64,000 bases of DNA from Dehalococcoidia bacterium. GTDB lineage: Bacteria > Chloroflexota > Dehalococcoidia > UBA6926. This document shows, in pieces, positions 29,909 through 40,039 of the stretch. The DNA lies in NCBI GenBank assembly GCA_963666115.2, contig CAXXET010000006.1, positions 320,001-384,000 of the forward strand, in the 5' to 3' direction. The notes under the pieces were generated by a model that worked only from the letters and a program-made list of their open reading frames with translations, did no database searches and had not been told where the DNA came from. Made by a program: the position numbers and the translations under genes. The stretch's first letter is position 1; each line of letters starts with the position of its first letter.

Positions 29909-30598
29909 ATGAAACTGGATGGACGTCGAATTATCGTCACGGGCGGCAGCCGGGGCATCGGCTATCGGATCAGCGAACTCTTTCTCGCGGAGGGCGCTCA
30001 GGTGCTCGCCGTGTCTCGCAGTTCTGAGAAGCTTGAGGGCGCAAAGGAACGGCTTCCTGCGCTCAAAACCCTCGTTGCGGATGTTTCCGTTGCGTCGGAC
30101 GTCGACCGCGTCGTTGCGTGGACTGAGAGCGAATGGGGCGACCTTGACATCCTCGTGAACAACGCGGGCATTCTCGACGAATCCGACACCGGCCTCACCC
30201 AGTCTCCTGACGACGTCTTCCTCAAGACGATGCAGGTCAACGTCCACGGCGCGTATTTCTGCACCAAGCGCTTCCTGCCGCTGCTGCTGCGGTCAGACGA
30301 TCCGCGAATCCTCAACGTCGGTTCAAGCTCCGGTATCCTCGACGCAGGCATGAGGGATTCCTACGGCGTGTCCAAGGCTGCCCTGCACGCGCTCACGCTG
30401 GCAACCGCCAACGAGTTGAAGGGCAGGGTGGCGGTGAATGTGATGGATCCGGGGTGGGTCAAGTCGGATATGTCGCCCGACGGCCCCGGCGATCCGAAGT
30501 GGTCCGCAGCCGGCGCGCTCTCCATTGTCACCAGGACGGACGGCGTCACGGGCAGGCTGTTCAACGGCAAGCGCATCCGCGCATGGACGCCCCGCTAG
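29909..30598 (+). CDS. Short-chain dehydrogenase/reductase
   Basis: TGGSRGIG, NNAG, YxxSK, DPGWV. Confidence 0.9.
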   Translation: MKLDGRRIIVTGGSRGIGYRISELFLAEGAQVLAVSRSSEKLEGAKERLPALKTLVADVSVASDVDRVVAWTESEWGDLDILVNNAGILDESDTGLTQSPDDVFLKTMQVNVHGAYFCTKRFLPLLLRSDDPRILNVGSSSGILDAGMRDSYGVSKAALHALTLATANELKGRVAVNVMDPGWVKSDMSPDGPGDPKWSAAGALSIVTRTDGVTGRLFNGKRIRAWTPR

Positions 30599-30639
30599 TG
30601 ATCCCCGCAGCCTGATACGCGCGTCAGCGGCGCTGTGCC

Positions 30640-32031
30640 ATGGCATCCAACGAGGGTAGGGTGGGCGTGAGACGCATCGCCATCGTTGGCGCGGGCATCT
30701 CCGGCCTGGGCGCGGCGTGGGGATTGAGCCGCCACCCGGACAAGTTCGATTTTAGAATCTTCGAAGCGCGCGGCGAGATTGGCGGCAATGCCGTAACGGT
30801 CGATATGCCGCAGGATGACGGGAGTTCCATCCCGTTCGACATCTCCGTCACCGCCCTCATCCCGTCCGTCTACCAGCATGTCCTCCTGCTAATGGAACAA
30901 TTCGGCATTGACATGCTTGAAACGCGATTCAGCTACAGCGTGAAGTACGGGGACGGCGTCTACGCCCACGACTTCGATTCCAATCTCAGGCGGGAGCTGC
31001 AATCCGACATCGCGAAATTTCAGAGACTGCTCCGCCGCCTCTACCGCTTTGGCCGCCTGACCCGTTCCCGCTCCCTGCTCATCAATGCCCTCAACCCCTA
31101 CAACTACCTCAGCATGGGCACGGTTCTCAAAATGGGGCGGTTCTCCGATGACTTCAAGTACAAGATTCTCAAGCCCATGTTCGTCAATTTCCTGATGGCC
31201 ACAGACGTGTTCGCCATGCCCGCCTCCCTCTTTGCCCGCTATCTCGAATTCTTCGACATCGAGACGGCGACCACCATGCAAACGTGGGACCAGGGAACCC
31301 GCCGCATCTACGAGAATCTGTCCCTCGGGTTCCGCGACAAGATCCACTTGAATCGTCCCGTCCGAAAGGTATACCGGCAGGACTCCGGGGTCGTCATCGA
31401 GGACGAGAACGGCGTCCGGGAAGAGTTCGATGACGTCATCCTCGCCTGCAACGCGAATCACTCCCTGGCGCTGCTCGATAGCCCCACGCGCCTTGAGCGC
31501 TACATCCTCTCTCGTGTCCGCTACGATACCGATCTCCACCACAACGCCACCGTCCACACGGATTCCTCCGTGCTGCCGGATGATGAGATGAGGGCGCTTG
31601 AAACGCGGAGCAACTCCATCCGGCACTACGGCGAGAGGCCGGACAATTACCAGATCACGTACATCATGCACAACCAGCAGCCTTGGGCGGCCGGCTCCGA
31701 TAGGCCGTGCCTCGTGACCTTCAACGCCGCCGACCCCATCGACGAAGAGAAAATCCTCAGGAAGATGTCATTCCAGCACATCATCCATGACGTGCGGCAC
31801 GTCGCCGTGCTCGTCAGCCTCTTCCGCTTCATCCAGGGCAAGAAGCGAACGTGGCATTGCGGCGCCCATACGCTCGTCAACAGCCAGGAAACGTGCTTTG
31901 TGACTGGACTCGCCGCCGCGCGGCAACTGGGCGCGGACTACCCCTTTGACGATGAGGAGGCCAGGCGGATATTCAACTACTACGGCGGCATCATGTACGG
32001 CCGCCGGTTCAGGAAAGTCGGACGCCGCTGA
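30640..32031 (+). CDS. FAD-dependent oxidoreductase (amine oxidase/desaturase-like)
   Basis: GAGISGL dinucleotide-binding motif, IFEA..IGG. Confidence 0.85.
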   Translation: MASNEGRVGVRRIAIVGAGISGLGAAWGLSRHPDKFDFRIFEARGEIGGNAVTVDMPQDDGSSIPFDISVTALIPSVYQHVLLLMEQFGIDMLETRFSYSVKYGDGVYAHDFDSNLRRELQSDIAKFQRLLRRLYRFGRLTRSRSLLINALNPYNYLSMGTVLKMGRFSDDFKYKILKPMFVNFLMATDVFAMPASLFARYLEFFDIETATTMQTWDQGTRRIYENLSLGFRDKIHLNRPVRKVYRQDSGVVIEDENGVREEFDDVILACNANHSLALLDSPTRLERYILSRVRYDTDLHHNATVHTDSSVLPDDEMRALETRSNSIRHYGERPDNYQITYIMHNQQPWAAGSDRPCLVTFNAADPIDEEKILRKMSFQHIIHDVRHVAVLVSLFRFIQGKKRTWHCGAHTLVNSQETCFVTGLAAARQLGADYPFDDEEARRIFNYYGGIMYGRRFRKVGRR

Positions 32032-32144
32032 CCGCTCGGCGCGCGTTGCCCGCCGCCCATTTGTTAAACCCGCGCGCGTCAACGTATACTGTTAGGCAGC
32101 GCTCTATCTTGCGCATCGCGCAATGATGGCAGGAGATCATAGGC

Positions 32145-34169
32145 ATGACGGTTTCCGCTGACGGTCCGGCAACACAGACGCTCAGCCTGCCGGAAGAACT
32201 CATCCTGATTCTCCTCAATGAGGAGGACGGCTATTTCCACCAGGTGCCCGGCTGGAACCTGAACTGCGTCGTCGTCGGCGCGGCCCTTGCCGAACTGTCC
32301 CTCCGGGGGCGCATCGATACCGACATTGAATCGCTCATCCTCGTGGACAAGACGGACACGGACGACATCGCCCTGGACACCATCCTGGATGAAATCGGCT
32401 CCGAGCCGGAACAGCACAGCACCACGTATTGGATTGAGCGTCTCGCCCCGCTCGCGGAAACCATCATCGACGATACGCTCGCCCGCCTGGTCCGGATCGG
32501 CATCCTGCTGCATCACGACGGCGACTTTTGGACGATGGCCCGCTCATCGCGCGGCATCCAGTTCGGCGGCGGCGAATGGAGAGACACGGCAGCCGAGTTC
32601 GTCAGAAACCGGATCGTCAGGGCCATTTTCAGCAATGAGATTCCTGAGCCGAGAGACATCATCCTCATCTGCCTGGTCAACACGGTTGACGTGCTCCGCT
32701 TCATCTTTCCCGTCGAAGCGGAAGAGGAGGAGCGGATCGGCCAGATTTCCAGGATGGACGTCATTGGGCGGTCCATTGCGGATGCCGTGTCTCAGAACCT
32801 GGCCGGCCCCCTGTTGCGCCATTCGGCGCTGGCCAGGACAATCCCGACCGTTTCCCTCCGCAAAGTGGTGTTCAACAAGAACATGCGGAAGGGCAACATC
32901 CCGGCGCTGTTTGCGGACCTCGCCAAACAGTACGGCCCTGTGTTCCAGATCAAGCCGCCGTTCATGAAGCCCCTGGTGTTCATTGCGGGGCCCGATACCA
33001 ATCGCTGGGCTCACCGGCAAGGCCGCATGTATCTTCGCGCCAGGGACTACTTCCACGACTTCGAGAAGACCTATGGAGCCGCCGGCGTGCTCCCGTCACT
33101 GGACGGGGCAGACCATTTCCGGCTGCGAAAGTCCCTCCAGCCCGCCTATTCCCGCACACGGCTGGAGGGGCAGGTCGACATGATCTATAAGAATGCGCGG
33201 GCATTCATGACGAATTGGAAAGTCGGGGACGCCCTCCCGGCCAGCGCGACGTCCAGGGCGATGATCAACGCGCAGGTCTCCCCGTTCTTTGTCGGCGTTG
33301 ATTCACAGGACCTCATCGAAGACCTCGCCAAGTACAAGGAACGCGTGCTTAGCGTTCACGTCATGAAACTCATGCCCAAGTTCCTCCTCAAAACTCCGGC
33401 GATGAGGCGGCGAGAGAAGCTCATCGACGTGCTGATGGAGCGCGTGCAGGGCGTCCACACCCCGGCTCAGCGCGCGGGCCAGCCCCGCGATCTGGTCGAT
33501 GATTATCTCAGCCTTCATGCCAGCGACCCTCAATTCGTGCCGGAATCCAACCTGCGCTTCGCCTTTTCCGTCGCCCTGGTCGCAAGCGTCTATCTCGGCG
33601 ACATGATGAGCTTCTGCCTGTACGCCATGGCGGCGTACCCGGAATATCACAGGGAAATCCGCCGCGAGGCCGATGCCCTGTTCGCCAACGGCGACCCTAC
33701 GGGAGAGGATGTCACCCCTGAAACGATCAACGTCACCCATCGCTTCATCATGGAATGCATGCGCCTCTGGCCCATCGTCCCCGTGTCTGTCCGCAACGTA
33801 ATGAATACCTGCGTTGTGGAGGGATATGAACTTCCCATCGGAATGCGCGTGCACGTCGCGCAGACCGCCGCGCACTACATGGACGATGTGTTCCCGGACG
33901 CCGACAAGTTCGATATCGACCGCTACCTGCCGCCCCGCAACGAGCATCACAGCCCCGGCTACGCGCCGTTCGGCCTTGGCACCCATACCTGCCTCGGCAA
34001 TCGCCAGATGGAGCTTCAGCTCACCCTGAATCTGCTCATGATCGCCCGCCACTTCACCTTTGACATATCACCGGCAAAGTTCAGGAAAGAAGTCAAGATC
34101 ACCGCGCTGCCGTCAATGAAGCCCGACAAGAAGCTCAAGCTTGTCGTGACGGAGAGGCGCGAACTCTAG
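32145..34169 (+). CDS. GPP34/GOLPH3-like domain fused to cytochrome P450
   Basis: N-terminal LSLPEELILILL..GAALAELSLRGRI; ECMR (ExxR) and FGLGTHTCLG heme-Cys motif. Confidence 0.85.
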   Translation: MTVSADGPATQTLSLPEELILILLNEEDGYFHQVPGWNLNCVVVGAALAELSLRGRIDTDIESLILVDKTDTDDIALDTILDEIGSEPEQHSTTYWIERLAPLAETIIDDTLARLVRIGILLHHDGDFWTMARSSRGIQFGGGEWRDTAAEFVRNRIVRAIFSNEIPEPRDIILICLVNTVDVLRFIFPVEAEEEERIGQISRMDVIGRSIADAVSQNLAGPLLRHSALARTIPTVSLRKVVFNKNMRKGNIPALFADLAKQYGPVFQIKPPFMKPLVFIAGPDTNRWAHRQGRMYLRARDYFHDFEKTYGAAGVLPSLDGADHFRLRKSLQPAYSRTRLEGQVDMIYKNARAFMTNWKVGDALPASATSRAMINAQVSPFFVGVDSQDLIEDLAKYKERVLSVHVMKLMPKFLLKTPAMRRREKLIDVLMERVQGVHTPAQRAGQPRDLVDDYLSLHASDPQFVPESNLRFAFSVALVASVYLGDMMSFCLYAMAAYPEYHREIRREADALFANGDPTGEDVTPETINVTHRFIMECMRLWPIVPVSVRNVMNTCVVEGYELPIGMRVHVAQTAAHYMDDVFPDADKFDIDRYLPPRNEHHSPGYAPFGLGTHTCLGNRQMELQLTLNLLMIARHFTFDISPAKFRKEVKITALPSMKPDKKLKLVVTERREL

Positions 34170-36637
34170 GACTCCGCCTCGAAGCGTCGATGCGTCGCAT
34201 CGATCGCCAGGTCCAGTTCCTCCGCCCAGCGCTGCGCCGTTGATCGCAGCCGCACGTTCTGGTACGAGCCCCAGATCACCATGGCGGGCAACACCAGCAC
34301 GACCGAGACGATCAGGGAGTAGAGAATCGTGATGGTCGCCGTAATGCCGAACTGCTGCGACACCACCAGCGGCGAGGCGATCAGCACGCCGAATCCCAGC
34401 GCCGTCGTCAGCGCGGAGCCCAGGAGCGCCGAGCCTGTCGTCGCCAGTGTCTTGATCGCCGCCTGCTCCGGGTTGCGTTCGGCTGCGTATTCCTCCCGGT
34501 AGCGGTGGATGATGTGGATTGTGTAATCCACGCCGATGCCGATTGATAACGCGGTGATGATCGACGTGATGAGCGTGTACGGGATTCCGGCAAGCGCCAT
34601 CGTTCCCAGCACGGCAATGAGCACAAGGACGATGGGCCCAACCGCGACAATCGAAAGCGCGGGCTGCCGTAGCGTCACCCAGAAAAAGGCCGTCAGGACG
34701 ATGAGCGCCGCCGCGACGGTCGTTCCCACCGCCCCCGTCTGCCCCGCTGTTATCTGGTCTCCCACCGCCACGGACAGAATCCCGAGCGACGTTGCCGTTA
34801 TGGTGTCGTCCTCGCCGAACCAGCGCGCCTCGATTTCCTCCTGGAGGAGGCCCGTTAACGCAAGGTCGTCCGTGTACGCCGGGAACTGGAGTAGCAGGAT
34901 GTCGCCGCCGTTGGGATTGTTGTACATCAGGCGGCTAAAGGAGGGGTCTCTTTCTTCCAGGCGGTCTAGCAGCTCCTGCATCAGCACGGTCTTCAACTGC
35001 ACGTCGCCGTGCGCCTCCTCGAAGAGGACGTCCATCTCCGCGTCGTACTTGTCCCCGGGCGTGCCGTCGTCAACCGTCCAGTCCAGCAGCAGCATCTCAT
35101 AAGAGGACTGCATCGGCCCGGCGGCGGCCTGCGGGCGCGTTGTCTCATTCCCGAAGGCGGTTGTCAGATCGTCAACGTTCAGCAGGGTGCGTGTTTCCGT
35201 GGCCTCTGCCTTGATGATGATGCTCGTCATCTCCGTCGAGCCGCCAACCGCAGCGTCCAGCGTCTCAAGGTCGCGGATGACGCTGCCGTCCTGAGGCAAA
35301 ACGTCCCGGATGTTGAATTCCGAACGCAGGTCCGTGGCGGAATAGCCGAGGAAGGCCGTGATCAGCAGGACGCCGATGATATACGGCACGGGCCGCCTCG
35401 TGACCTCCCGCCCCAGCACCTCGGCCAGGCGCGGCACGCCGGGCAGGGCGTTGGAAACCGCCCGCGGCCGTTGCAGGCTGCCCCGTCGTTCCCGCCGGCG
35501 GTCGATGATCAGCCGCCCCGCCGGCAGCAGCGTCAGCATGACGATCAGGGCCATCCCCACGCCCAGCCCCGCCACGATCCCAAAGTCTCCGATGACGCTG
35601 ATGGGGGAGAAGCGCGCCGCGAACATGCTCACCACCGTCGTAACGGCGGCCAGCGTCAGCGGTACTGTCACGTTCCGCAGACCCCGGCGAACCGCATCGA
35701 GAACCGGACGGCCCTCCAGCCGCACCTCGCGGTAGTGTGAGATCGCCTGGATCGCGTAGTCCACCGTCAGGCTGATGATCACCACGGGCACCACCGCCGT
35801 CAGCGAACTCGGCGGGCCGATGATCCCCAGGCCGTTCGGCCCGAGCCAGCCCTCCGCCCCGATAACCCAGATGATGGCCATGAGAAGGCCCGCCAGCGTC
35901 AGGAGCATATCCGCCAGGGAACGTGTAAACAGGTACAGCAGCGCCGCGATGAGCAGGAGGGCCAGCCCGATCAGGGGGGCCATCCCCTCCTCGGTGGCCT
36001 TCTTGTATTCATCCTCTGTGACGATTGGAGAGACGCTGCTCACGCTCAGCGGCCCCTCATCCCCCACTGCAAGCTCATTGATGCGCCGCTCGGCGTTCTC
36101 AACCCGCTCGTCGCCCGTGTTGATCAGCGTGATCAGCGCGATGGACGCCGGTGCGCCGTCCACGTCCGTCCCCGTCATCGCGTTCATGAATTCGCCCAGC
36201 GGCGCGTTCATGATTGTGTCGATATCCTCTTGCGTCACGGAGCGCAAATCGTCCGCCTGCAGCGTGACCTCGATGAAGGAGGAGGGCGCAAGGATGGGAC
36301 TGTCGGGCGCAAGGACCGGCGCAACCGCCGGATCCTGCGCCATCTCATCCAGCAGGGAGTCCATCTGGTGGAGCCCCTCCGGCGTCATGGCATCCCCCCG
36401 GAAGATGACCGTCACGACGCTTACTTCGCCGGAATCGCTGAAGTGCTCCTCAATATCGTCGGCCGCCGTGACGAGCGGATGGTCCGTCGGAAGGAATGCG
36501 AGGCTCGCGCCCTCCGTCAGCGGCGCGCGAAGAGTGGCGCCGTAGCCCAGAGCCACCGTTACCAGCAGCAGAACGGCGATAGTGATCCATGGCCGCGCGG
36601 TCACAAGCCCGCTCATCGTGCGAAGCCCCGAATTCAT
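34166..36637 (-). CDS. MMPL/RND family transporter
   Basis: Two 1+5 TM halves, LTVDYAI and GIGVDYTIH. Confidence 0.9.
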   Translation of the reverse strand: MNSGLRTMSGLVTARPWITIAVLLLVTVALGYGATLRAPLTEGASLAFLPTDHPLVTAADDIEEHFSDSGEVSVVTVIFRGDAMTPEGLHQMDSLLDEMAQDPAVAPVLAPDSPILAPSSFIEVTLQADDLRSVTQEDIDTIMNAPLGEFMNAMTGTDVDGAPASIALITLINTGDERVENAERRINELAVGDEGPLSVSSVSPIVTEDEYKKATEEGMAPLIGLALLLIAALLYLFTRSLADMLLTLAGLLMAIIWVIGAEGWLGPNGLGIIGPPSSLTAVVPVVIISLTVDYAIQAISHYREVRLEGRPVLDAVRRGLRNVTVPLTLAAVTTVVSMFAARFSPISVIGDFGIVAGLGVGMALIVMLTLLPAGRLIIDRRRERRGSLQRPRAVSNALPGVPRLAEVLGREVTRRPVPYIIGVLLITAFLGYSATDLRSEFNIRDVLPQDGSVIRDLETLDAAVGGSTEMTSIIIKAEATETRTLLNVDDLTTAFGNETTRPQAAAGPMQSSYEMLLLDWTVDDGTPGDKYDAEMDVLFEEAHGDVQLKTVLMQELLDRLEERDPSFSRLMYNNPNGGDILLLQFPAYTDDLALTGLLQEEIEARWFGEDDTITATSLGILSVAVGDQITAGQTGAVGTTVAAALIVLTAFFWVTLRQPALSIVAVGPIVLVLIAVLGTMALAGIPYTLITSIITALSIGIGVDYTIHIIHRYREEYAAERNPEQAAIKTLATTGSALLGSALTTALGFGVLIASPLVVSQQFGITATITILYSLIVSVVLVLPAMVIWGSYQNVRLRSTAQRWAEELDLAIDATHRRFEAES

Positions 36638-37695
36638 GAGGGTTCTATCTCCTCCCGGTGTGACTCGCCATCAGGATAGAATTGGCGGCAATACCTGCGA
36701 AAGGGCATGATGTCCCCATCGAGCCTGAACAGGCGCGGTCGCGAGCGGTACTTCTTGCGGTTCCAGATGATGACGTCCATCTCCACGTTCTGCATCTGGT
36801 TGCCTGCGACGAACTTGTTCATAAGCGGGGCGCGCAGCTTCTTCGGCAGGAATCCCAACCCCGCAATGAAGCGCCTGGGCTTCGTGATTTCCTTCACTTG
36901 TGAGAACAGCGTCATTTCCACGTCTGTGCCGTCGATTGGCGTCGCAAGAACCCAAAGACGCATATCCATCCCGATGGAGCGCTCGCGTATCTCCACGTAT
37001 GAATACCCAAGCCCATAAACCAGCGTTGTCGCAGAGACGTCAAAGGTTACGCGCCCCACCCGCGCGACCTGCGTGACAGTCCGGAAATCAAACCGGCTCT
37101 CCAACCGGTGCCCCTCGATCACCAGCGGGGCTGTTCGGCTGACCCCGCCAAATCCGTGGACGTAATTCAGGTGTGAATAGTCAACCGAGTTCTCCGTGGT
37201 CTCCTGCGGATGGCCTGCGAACCGGATGCTCCTGCGTTCCAGGGAACTCCACTCTCCGTCATTTTCGGGTTCATCGGGCATCGGCCACTGCGGCGGACGG
37301 CGGTCGATGCCCCGCCATCCGAAGATCAGCCCCATGCGTTCCTCTATGTCGAAGAGGCGCAGGCGCGCCGTTGGAGGAGGATTCGTGTACGGCGTTGAGA
37401 TGCACTGGCCCGTCGCATCGTATGTAAACCCGTGAAAGGGACAGACGAGGCATCCGTCCACGACACGCCCGCCGAACTCCGGGGAGAGATTCGCGCCCAA
37501 ATGCGGGCAATGCGCCTCCGCAACGCAAATCTGCCCCGCGCCATCAACCCAGATGATGATCTCCTCGCCCATCCACGTTCTGCTGATCAGCTTGGCCTTT
37601 TCAACCGCCTTGCGTGTTTCAATGAAGTACCACCCCTCCGGGAACGGTGACGGCAGCGGAGCCTCCTCCTGGTTCAAAAGTAGCGTGGTTGTCAT
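36634..37695 (-). CDS. Rieske non-heme iron oxygenase (KshA/Neverland-like)
   Basis: CPHLG..CPFHG, ENSVDYSHLNYVH, DVIIWNRKKY. Confidence 0.88.
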   Translation of the reverse strand: MTTTLLLNQEEAPLPSPFPEGWYFIETRKAVEKAKLISRTWMGEEIIIWVDGAGQICVAEAHCPHLGANLSPEFGGRVVDGCLVCPFHGFTYDATGQCISTPYTNPPPTARLRLFDIEERMGLIFGWRGIDRRPPQWPMPDEPENDGEWSSLERRSIRFAGHPQETTENSVDYSHLNYVHGFGGVSRTAPLVIEGHRLESRFDFRTVTQVARVGRVTFDVSATTLVYGLGYSYVEIRERSIGMDMRLWVLATPIDGTDVEMTLFSQVKEITKPRRFIAGLGFLPKKLRAPLMNKFVAGNQMQNVEMDVIIWNRKKYRSRPRLFRLDGDIMPFRRYCRQFYPDGESHREEIEPS

Positions 37696-37729
37696 CGGTC
37701 ATCACTCCCTGGGGCAAAGGCACACCATT

Positions 37730-39223
37730 TTACCATGTTGGCGCAGCGTCTGACGCGGGCTCCTCTTCACCCTCCGCCTCCCCAACGTTCGCAAGTCTCA
37801 TCAGCAGCGCCGGCAGAATCGCCAACAGCGAGACGAAGCCCGCGATCATGAACAGGTTTTGGAAGACGGTCACGCCCGCCTCGATCAGCGGCCCCTGCGT
37901 CTCCTCGAATGTCGCTCCAATCGTCACGTCCGCCGTCAGGCTGTAGAATCGCTCAATCCCCCACGCGGACAGCCCGGCAAGGCCCAGCGCCATGCCCACC
38001 ATGCGCGCCGCCGTGACCAGGGACGCCGCCGCTCCCCAATAGTGGCTGGGCGCCGCGCTCAGGGCCGTCACGCTGATGGGAGGCAGCACCAGCCCAAACC
38101 CCATCCCGGACAGCACAAGGGGCGCCGTTAGCCGGAATTCCTCCACCTCGGTTCCCCACCCGCTCATGAACAGCAGGCCGATGCCGATGAAGGCCAGGCC
38201 CGTCACCGTCACGGGGATAACCCCCGTCCACCGCAGGATGTAGCCCCCGACAATCGCCCCCACCGGTATCGCCGCCGTCAGCCGCACAAGGTGCAGCGCG
38301 CTCTCCCAGTCTTCTTTCTCCATCACCGTGTTCGCCATCAGCGGCACGGCCACAAGAGCAATGATCAGGGACACCCCCACCATGAACTGCGTCACGTTCG
38401 CGGACACGAACGCGCGTGATTTGTACAGGAATGAGGCGAATAACGGCTGCTCCGCGCGGCGCTCAAAGATGACGACGACGGCGACCAGAACGGCTCCCAG
38501 CGCGAGAATCGCGTAGGGCAGCACGGAATCGAAGGAGAAGATCGCCCGCTGTGACAGCCCGACCGTGACGACGGTCAACGCCGCCCCCACCGTCACCGCG
38601 CCCACGTAATCCATCTTGGCCTGCGGGTTGGCCTGGTTCCGCAGGATCGCCATCAGCGCGATCAGCAGCAGGCTCTGCGGCACGTCCAGCCAGAAGATGA
38701 ACCGCCAGCCCACCCACTCGATGAGCGCCCCGCCGTACAGCGGCCCCAGCACCGATCCTGCCTCCGCCGACGCCGCCACGAGTCCGAGCGTCAGGCCGCG
38801 CTGGTGTGGCTTCACCGCCGCCACCGCCATCGCCAGGCCGATGGGAACGGTCGCGCCGCCGCCGATGGCCTGGATCACCCGCGCGGACACGATCCACGCG
38901 AAGTTCGGCGCGACGGCCACGAACGCGGAGCCAACCGCAAAGATGAGCAGCGCGATCTGGAACATCCGCACGCGCCCATATACGTCGGACAGGCGGCCTG
39001 CCAGCGGCATGGCGACCGTATAGCTGACCAGGTAGCCCGTGATGATCCATGACGCCGTATCGAGGTCGGTCAACGGGATTTCAAGCTCCAGCATGACCGT
39101 CGGCAGCGCGGCCACCACCACCGTCTGATCGAGCGCAGTCGAAAAGACGCCGAGGCAGATAATCGTAATGATCGCCGTCTGCGAGGAGCCGAGAGAGGAG
39201 ACGCGGGAACGGACGGTGTTCAC
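37730..39223 (-). CDS. DHA2-type MFS transporter (P55/Rv1410c-like)
   Basis: ALDQTVVVAALP, GRLSDVYGR, RVIQAIGGG, GSVLGPLYG. Confidence 0.9.
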   Translation of the reverse strand: MNTVRSRVSSLGSSQTAIITIICLGVFSTALDQTVVVAALPTVMLELEIPLTDLDTASWIITGYLVSYTVAMPLAGRLSDVYGRVRMFQIALLIFAVGSAFVAVAPNFAWIVSARVIQAIGGGATVPIGLAMAVAAVKPHQRGLTLGLVAASAEAGSVLGPLYGGALIEWVGWRFIFWLDVPQSLLLIALMAILRNQANPQAKMDYVGAVTVGAALTVVTVGLSQRAIFSFDSVLPYAILALGAVLVAVVVIFERRAEQPLFASFLYKSRAFVSANVTQFMVGVSLIIALVAVPLMANTVMEKEDWESALHLVRLTAAIPVGAIVGGYILRWTGVIPVTVTGLAFIGIGLLFMSGWGTEVEEFRLTAPLVLSGMGFGLVLPPISVTALSAAPSHYWGAAASLVTAARMVGMALGLAGLSAWGIERFYSLTADVTIGATFEETQGPLIEAGVTVFQNLFMIAGFVSLLAILPALLMRLANVGEAEGEEEPASDAAPTW

Positions 39224-39969
39224 GATCCCGATGCTGCGTCCGGAAGTTGGATGTCAACCGGCTGGTCGTATTCGGAGAGGTTGATCAGCCTGCTCGTGCC
39301 CGCGCCGTCGTCGTCGAACACGTTGCCCAGTATCTTGATCTGGCGCACGCTCTGGTCGTCCGCGCCAACCCACACGGTCAGTTCGATTGGGTGGCCGGAA
39401 TCCGCGGACGTGATCAGATTCGCGAGGTCCTCGGAGAGGATGTCCCCGTCGATCCTGATGGTCTCCAGATCGTTGACCGTCTCCCGCCCCGCGAGCGCGA
39501 CATTCTGGATCTTTGGCAGCAGGTCGCTGAGCGTCTTGCCCAGGCCGATGAAGTTGAACGGCACCTGCTCCAGCGGCAGGGGAGTCCACGGCGCGCCCGA
39601 TGCGAACTGCATCATCGCCGTGTTGCCCACCGCGATGATGCCGATCTGCACGAATCCCATGGCGGGCGATTCCACGTCCACCACCAGGTGCGTGCGGTCC
39701 GGCGCCTGCACCTTCCCGTCCACGCTCTTGAGCGTCTGCCCAAAGAACTTCGTGCCGGATTCCAACTCATCGACCATCTGGAACCGCGCCGTCTCGAATG
39801 AAAGCAGGTGCGCGCTCGTGCGGTCGAGAACTTCGTCCAGAGTCAACTCAGGCTCAGGAGTAGCGGTAGGCGTAGCCGCAACCCCGCACCCGCCCGCGAG
39901 AAACAGCAGGCCGGCAGCCAGCCCGAAAACTGGCAGCCCCCGAAGGATGAATCCGATTGCGCGCGCCAT
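39220..39969 (-). CDS. LppX/LprAFG family lipoprotein
   Basis: LAGGC lipobox, APDR, VWVG, C-terminal YDQPVDIQLP; overlaps the MFS start. Confidence 0.75.
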   Translation of the reverse strand: MARAIGFILRGLPVFGLAAGLLFLAGGCGVAATPTATPEPELTLDEVLDRTSAHLLSFETARFQMVDELESGTKFFGQTLKSVDGKVQAPDRTHLVVDVESPAMGFVQIGIIAVGNTAMMQFASGAPWTPLPLEQVPFNFIGLGKTLSDLLPKIQNVALAGRETVNDLETIRIDGDILSEDLANLITSADSGHPIELTVWVGADDQSVRQIKILGNVFDDDGAGTSRLINLSEYDQPVDIQLPDAASGS

Positions 39970-40039
39970 GGTCGTATCATAGCACCCGCCAACCTGGCGC
40001 CGAGCGCGCAGCTTAGATGGCGCTCAGCCGCTGTCTCCT

